From NCBI GenBank assembly GCA_951406725.2, contig OX597830.1:40114001-40178000 (forward strand): a stretch of 64,000 bases of DNA, written 5' to 3'. Source of the stretch: Octopus vulgaris (Eukaryota). The notes below the pieces were generated by a model, which saw only the letters and a list, made by a program, of their open reading frames with translations, was not told the DNA's origin and searched no databases. Below are positions 59,495 to 64,000 of this stretch, one piece after another. The position numbers and the translations under genes were made by a program. Position 1 is the first letter of the stretch, and each line of letters starts with the position of its first letter.

Positions 59495-59882
59495 TCTTTT
59501 ACTCTTTAACTTGCTTCAGTCATTTGACTGTGGCCATGCTGGAGTACCGCCTTTAGTCGAGCAAATCGACCCCAGGACCTATTCTTTGTAAGACTAGTAC
59601 TTATTCTATCGGTCTCTTTTGCCGAACTACTAAGTTACGGGGACGTAAACACACCAGCATTGGGGGGACAAATACAGACACACAAACATATACACACACA
59701 TACATACATATATATACATATATTGCGACAGGCTTCTTTCAGTTTCCGTCTACCAAATCCACTCACAAGGCTTTGGTTGGCCTAAGGCTATAGTAGAAAA
59801 CACTTGTCGAAGGTGCCACGCAGTGAGACTGAACCTGGAACCATGTGGATTGTAAGCAAGCTATTTACCACTCCTATGCCTA
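59495..59882 (-). mobile_element. SINE family B (intronic)
   Basis: Near-complete reverse complement of family B. Confidence 0.88.
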
Positions 59883-60242
59883 TATTTAATTTTCCTTATA
59901 TAAAACGAGTATTGTAAGAAAAATACTTGGGGCTGTGCCCCAGCATGGCCACACTCCAAAGACTGAAACAAGTAAAAGATAAAATGATTATCATCATTTT
60001 AGGCTTTACTTCCACTTTTTCCATGTTAGCATGGGTTGGATGAGACTTCTGGAGGCAGTATTCCATAGCCAAATGCCCTGCTCAATACCAACTCCTACTT
60101 ATCTTTCAAGTAAGGCATTTTATTCCATGACTTTATACAGTAAACCACTGCCAGATGTTTCGTTTACAAGAGACATGAAAAAACATTACTGCTAGAGTGG
60201 TGCCGTCACAAAGACAACAGCAACACCATCGTCACCACCTTG

Positions 60243-60277
<35 letters not shown>

Positions 60278-61175
60278 TTAGTGTCTACTATTCCATCCTT
60301 GTATGGGTCAGGGGGAATTTATTAAAGCAAATTTTCTACCGCTTGATGTCCTTCTGTTTCCAACTTTTAGAAACCCTTGCTTCAAAACTAAGTCAAGTTT
60401 TCTCCAAGGCCAGACATGTTTTCATAGAGCATTGCAAATGAATGGCATTCATTTGCATCAATCATGCAATGTCAAGACAAGGAAACACAGGGATACAAAC
60501 ACATACTTCATAATAATATATAAAAGAAGCACTCAGCCAGTTACAACGACAAGAGTTCCAGTTGATCCGATCAAGAAAACAGCCTGCTCTTGAAATTAAC
60601 ATGCAAGTGGCCGAGTACTCCACAGACATAGTTGCCAGGAAGATTCAGTCAGCATGGCACAGAATGTGACAAGGCTGGCCCTTTTGAATTACAGGTACAG
60701 CTCATTTTTGCCAGCTGAGTAGACTCAAGCAATGTGAAATAAAATGTCTTGCTCAAGGACACCACTGGGTATCGAACTCACAAACTGACAACTGTGAACC
60801 AAATACCCAAACCACTAAGCCATATGCTTTCATATATATATATTCTTTTATTCTTTTACTTGTTTCAGTCATTTCACTGTAGCCATGCTGGAGCACTGCC
60901 TTTAGTCGAACAAATCAATCTTAGAACTTATTCTTCATAAGCCTATACACACAATGGGCTTCTTTCAGTTTCTATCTACCATATCCACTCACAAGGCTTT
61001 AATCAGTCTGAGGCTATAGTAGAAGACACTTGCCCAAGGTGCTACACAGTGGGACTGAACCCAGAACCATGTGGTTGGGAATTTACCACAGCCAAATACA
61101 TAATATATACATTGTAGCATTCCATACAGTTTCGATCAAGAGAAAGAGTGAGAAAGCAATGTATGATTTACTCAC

Positions 61176-61272
61176 CTGTAATCTTGAGTTGGTATTCTGC
61201 AATTCTTCTGCTTTTTTCTCTAAGTCGGTTATCCACTGCTTCCTCTTCTGCCGGCACCTGGCTGCAGCAGCT
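61176..61272 (-). CDS. ATF2: ATF2/ATF7/CREB5-family exon, basic region and zipper ((R)AAAARCRQKRKQWITDLEKKAEELQNTNSRLQ)
   Basis: aag acceptor and gtgagt donor; 97 bp, phases compatible with both neighbouring exons. Confidence 0.95.
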
Positions 61273-61634
61273 CTTTCGAAATTACAAGGAAAGGAAGACA
61301 GTATGAAAAATGTCTCGACAACAGTTGCTAAATAATAGAAAAAGACATGCAGAGACAAAGAAAGACGCACACACACAGACTAGAGAGAGTCAAAGAGACA
61401 CAAAGAGCATGAAAGAGACGGTACGGAACAAAGAAGTACAGTAACAATAACAGTTTCGAATTTTGACACAAGGCCAGCAATCTTAGGTTAGTCGGTTACA
61501 TCAACTCCAGTACTAAACTGGTACTTTATTTCATCAACAAAAGAATAAAAGGCAGAGATGACCAAGGTAGTATTTGAACTCAGGACATAAAGAGCTAGAA
61601 GAGTGCTGCTCAGCATTTTGTTTGATGTCTTTAA

Positions 61635-62344
61635 CTCTTTCGTTACCAACTCGGCTGAAACCACATTTGGCTCTATAGTACAAATGTCTTGTTTCCATAA
61701 GTTCTGTATTAAAATCTTCCACCAAACCTTAGTCACAATAATGTTCCTAACACTAGCTTAATCATAACTAAGTTATTTTACTAAATTCTTTGTTACATTT
61801 AAAATTAATTGAAAGAAACACAGAGCATCTCAACAGAAACATGGTAACAAAATGGCTAAAATATATAATAGAGAAACAATTCTTAACCTTTTTGATACCA
61901 ATCTGGCTGAAACTGTATCTGACTCCATAGTACAAATGTCTTATTTTCAAAAGCTCTGAATTAAAATTTTCCACCAAACCTTAGTCACAATTTATCTTCC
62001 TAACAGTAGCTTAATGATAACTAAATTATTTTACTAAATTCTTTGTTATATTTAAAATTAATTGAAAGAAACGCAAAGCATCTAAAAATAAATACGGTAA
62101 TGAAAGGGTTCAAATATATAATAAAGAAATAATTCTTAACCCCTTTGTTATCAACCCAGCTGAAACCACTTCTGGCTCTGTAGTACAAATGTCTTGTTTT
62201 CATAAGTTTTGAATTAAAATCTTCCACCAAACCTTAGTCACGATTTATGTTCCTAACACCAGCTTAATAACAAAATTCTTTGTTGTATTTAAAATAATTG
62301 AAAGAAATACAGAGCATCTCAAAATTAATATGGTAATGAATGGG
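61635..62344. mobile_element. Tandem trimer of the piggyBac-type MITE, inserted at a TTAA inside a family A SINE
   Basis: Units start at 61635, 61887 and 62140; TTAA at 61631 and 62345; the SINE resumes at 62349 (tgattctgccagctc). Confidence 0.88.
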
Positions 62345-62778
62345 TTAATGATTCTGCCAGCTCATCACATTAATAACACAGCAAATATAACAACACTGTA
62401 ATAGAGACCCAATATGACACTGTGATACTGAGAAGTAGTACAAATACAGTCACTGATTCATAACGTAACTGTTTTGGCTATCTCTGCAGAGATAGCAAAA
62501 AATAGCTTTTGTTACCAACAATGATGATGCATTTTACAAACTTATTTTCAAGATGTCATGCTGAGTGGAGAGAGGGTTGCACCAGGACTTGAGTGGTGCT
62601 TATATTTTTTGCTATCTCTGCAGAGATAGCAGAAACAATTACGTGCTTATCGTTCAACTGAGTAGACTGGAGCAACTTGAGACAAAGTGTCTTGCTTGAG
62701 AACTCAATAAGCTGCCCAGTTTGAGAACCGAACCTATGACATTGCAATCATGAGTGTCCAGAACCCTTGCCTCTACAA

Positions 62779-63352
62779 CAGTGGTTCTCAACTGGGATCC
62801 ATATGACCCCTAACAATCCATATAAGATTGGCGGGGGGGGGGGGGGTCCACGCAACTAAATAGTAAATTGGGGATCCACAAAAGTATTTTAAGGGCCCCT
62901 GAAAATATTTTGCTTTATATTGCTATGTATTGCAAGAAACAGCCAGGTTTCTTTCTCTAATATTTTACATAGATCAACCTACACAAGTTAATGTGTGACG
63001 AACAAAATAGGAATTTTGAAAGAAGTGTTTATGAAACTAGTTTTTAAACATCAGATGGTTACGGGGGTCCACCAGAATAATATCATAACCAAAGGGGTCC
63101 ATAGATTAAAAATGGTTGAGAACCACTACTTTAGATATGTATAATGGTTATCTATTGCAAGAAACAGCCAGGTTTCTTTCTCTAACATTTCACGTAGATA
63201 ATCCTACACAAGTTAATGTGTGAAAAGCAGATAAGAATTTTAGAAGAAGTTTCTATAAAACTAGTTTTTAAACATCAGATGCCTATGAGGGTCCACCAGA
63301 ATAATATCGTAACCAAAGGGGTTCATAGATTAAAATTGGTCGAGAATCCTTG
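62779..63352. mobile_element. hAT-type MITE with a duplicated right end, inserted in a SINE head
   Basis: CAGTGGTTCTCAAC / GTTGAGAACCACT (to 63128); 62928-63128 is repeated at about 63153-63352. Confidence 0.8.
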
Positions 63353-63847
63353 ATCTAGACCATGTGCCTTCAACAATAACAACAACAAAAAACAAAGACT
63401 CATCCTGTCATACAAACATGCCGTTAACTTTTTTTTTAACTCCTTTATCTGTTTCAGTGATTGGACTGTGACCATGCTGGGGCACTACCTTGAAGGGTTT
63501 TATTCAATCATATCAACCCCAGTAATTGTTTTTAAGTCTGGCACTCATTTAGAGCGATCTCTGTGTGCTGCACCACCAAGTTATGGGATATAAACACACA
63601 AATGAACAGCATCACGTACACGTGTGCGTGTGTTCATGCAAGTGCATATACACACACATTGAAAGGTTTCTTCTGTCCAGTATTCTGTCCACCAGTTTCA
63701 CTCACAAAGCATTGGCCCACCCAAGGCTATAGTAAGAGCACTTGGTCAAGATGTCAAACTGTGAGGCTGAACTTGAAACCATGTGGTTATAAAGCACATG
63801 ATACGTGTATAATAGGAAGGATTCCATAGTGTGGAGAACTGAATTAC

Positions 63848-63916
63848 CTGTTCCTTTCAAGAAATTTCCGTCGTCTTTCATCAGGGTCGTCTTCTCCTGA
63901 CCTTTTCGGTCTCTTA
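63848..63916 (-). CDS. ATF2: ATF2/ATF7/CREB5-family exon, start of basic region (KRPKRSGEDDPDERRRKFLERN(R))
   Basis: tttcatag acceptor and gtaatt donor; DPDE.RRKFLERNR motif; the gene continues beyond the window. Confidence 0.93.
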
Positions 63917-64000
63917 CTATGAAAGTAGAAAACAGAGACAAATAATATAACAAGCATATTTCAGAAGAATTTTTTTTTTTTTGCATTTCTGTTGATATTT

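Noticed and set aside
61083-61376. 97-aa ORF as a stand-alone gene
   Set aside because: Only 61176-61272 is coding (bounded by AG/GT); the remainder is intron read-through

Overview
Repeat-dense, AT-rich eukaryotic genomic DNA, probably from an octopus or another cephalopod. This is inferred from the extreme (TA)n/(TAA)n/(CA)n load and the octopus-type tRNA-derived SINEs. The only host gene I can support is the 3' part of an ATF2/ATF7/CREB5-family bZIP transcription factor on the minus strand (four coding exons between 56806 and 63916). The rest is transposon debris: a near full-length RTE LINE, a CR1-group LINE, R4/Dong-like RLE LINE fragments, Penelope-like GIY-YIG fragments, piggyBac/hAT/Tc1-mariner derivatives and at least four SINE families (labelled A-D here). 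The most interesting signal is a set of non-coding elements, mostly flanked by (TA)n, that carry type I hammerhead ribozymes. These include a tandem-plus-inverted array of a highly structured 487-bp unit (24971-26480, retrozyme-like), an unrelated 483-bp unit (17360-17998), and several hammerhead variants with unusual cores (G3:C8 swap, U4C). Nearly all long ORFs in the supplied track are microsatellite artefacts. Coordinates were read by eye, and repeat boundaries are approximate.
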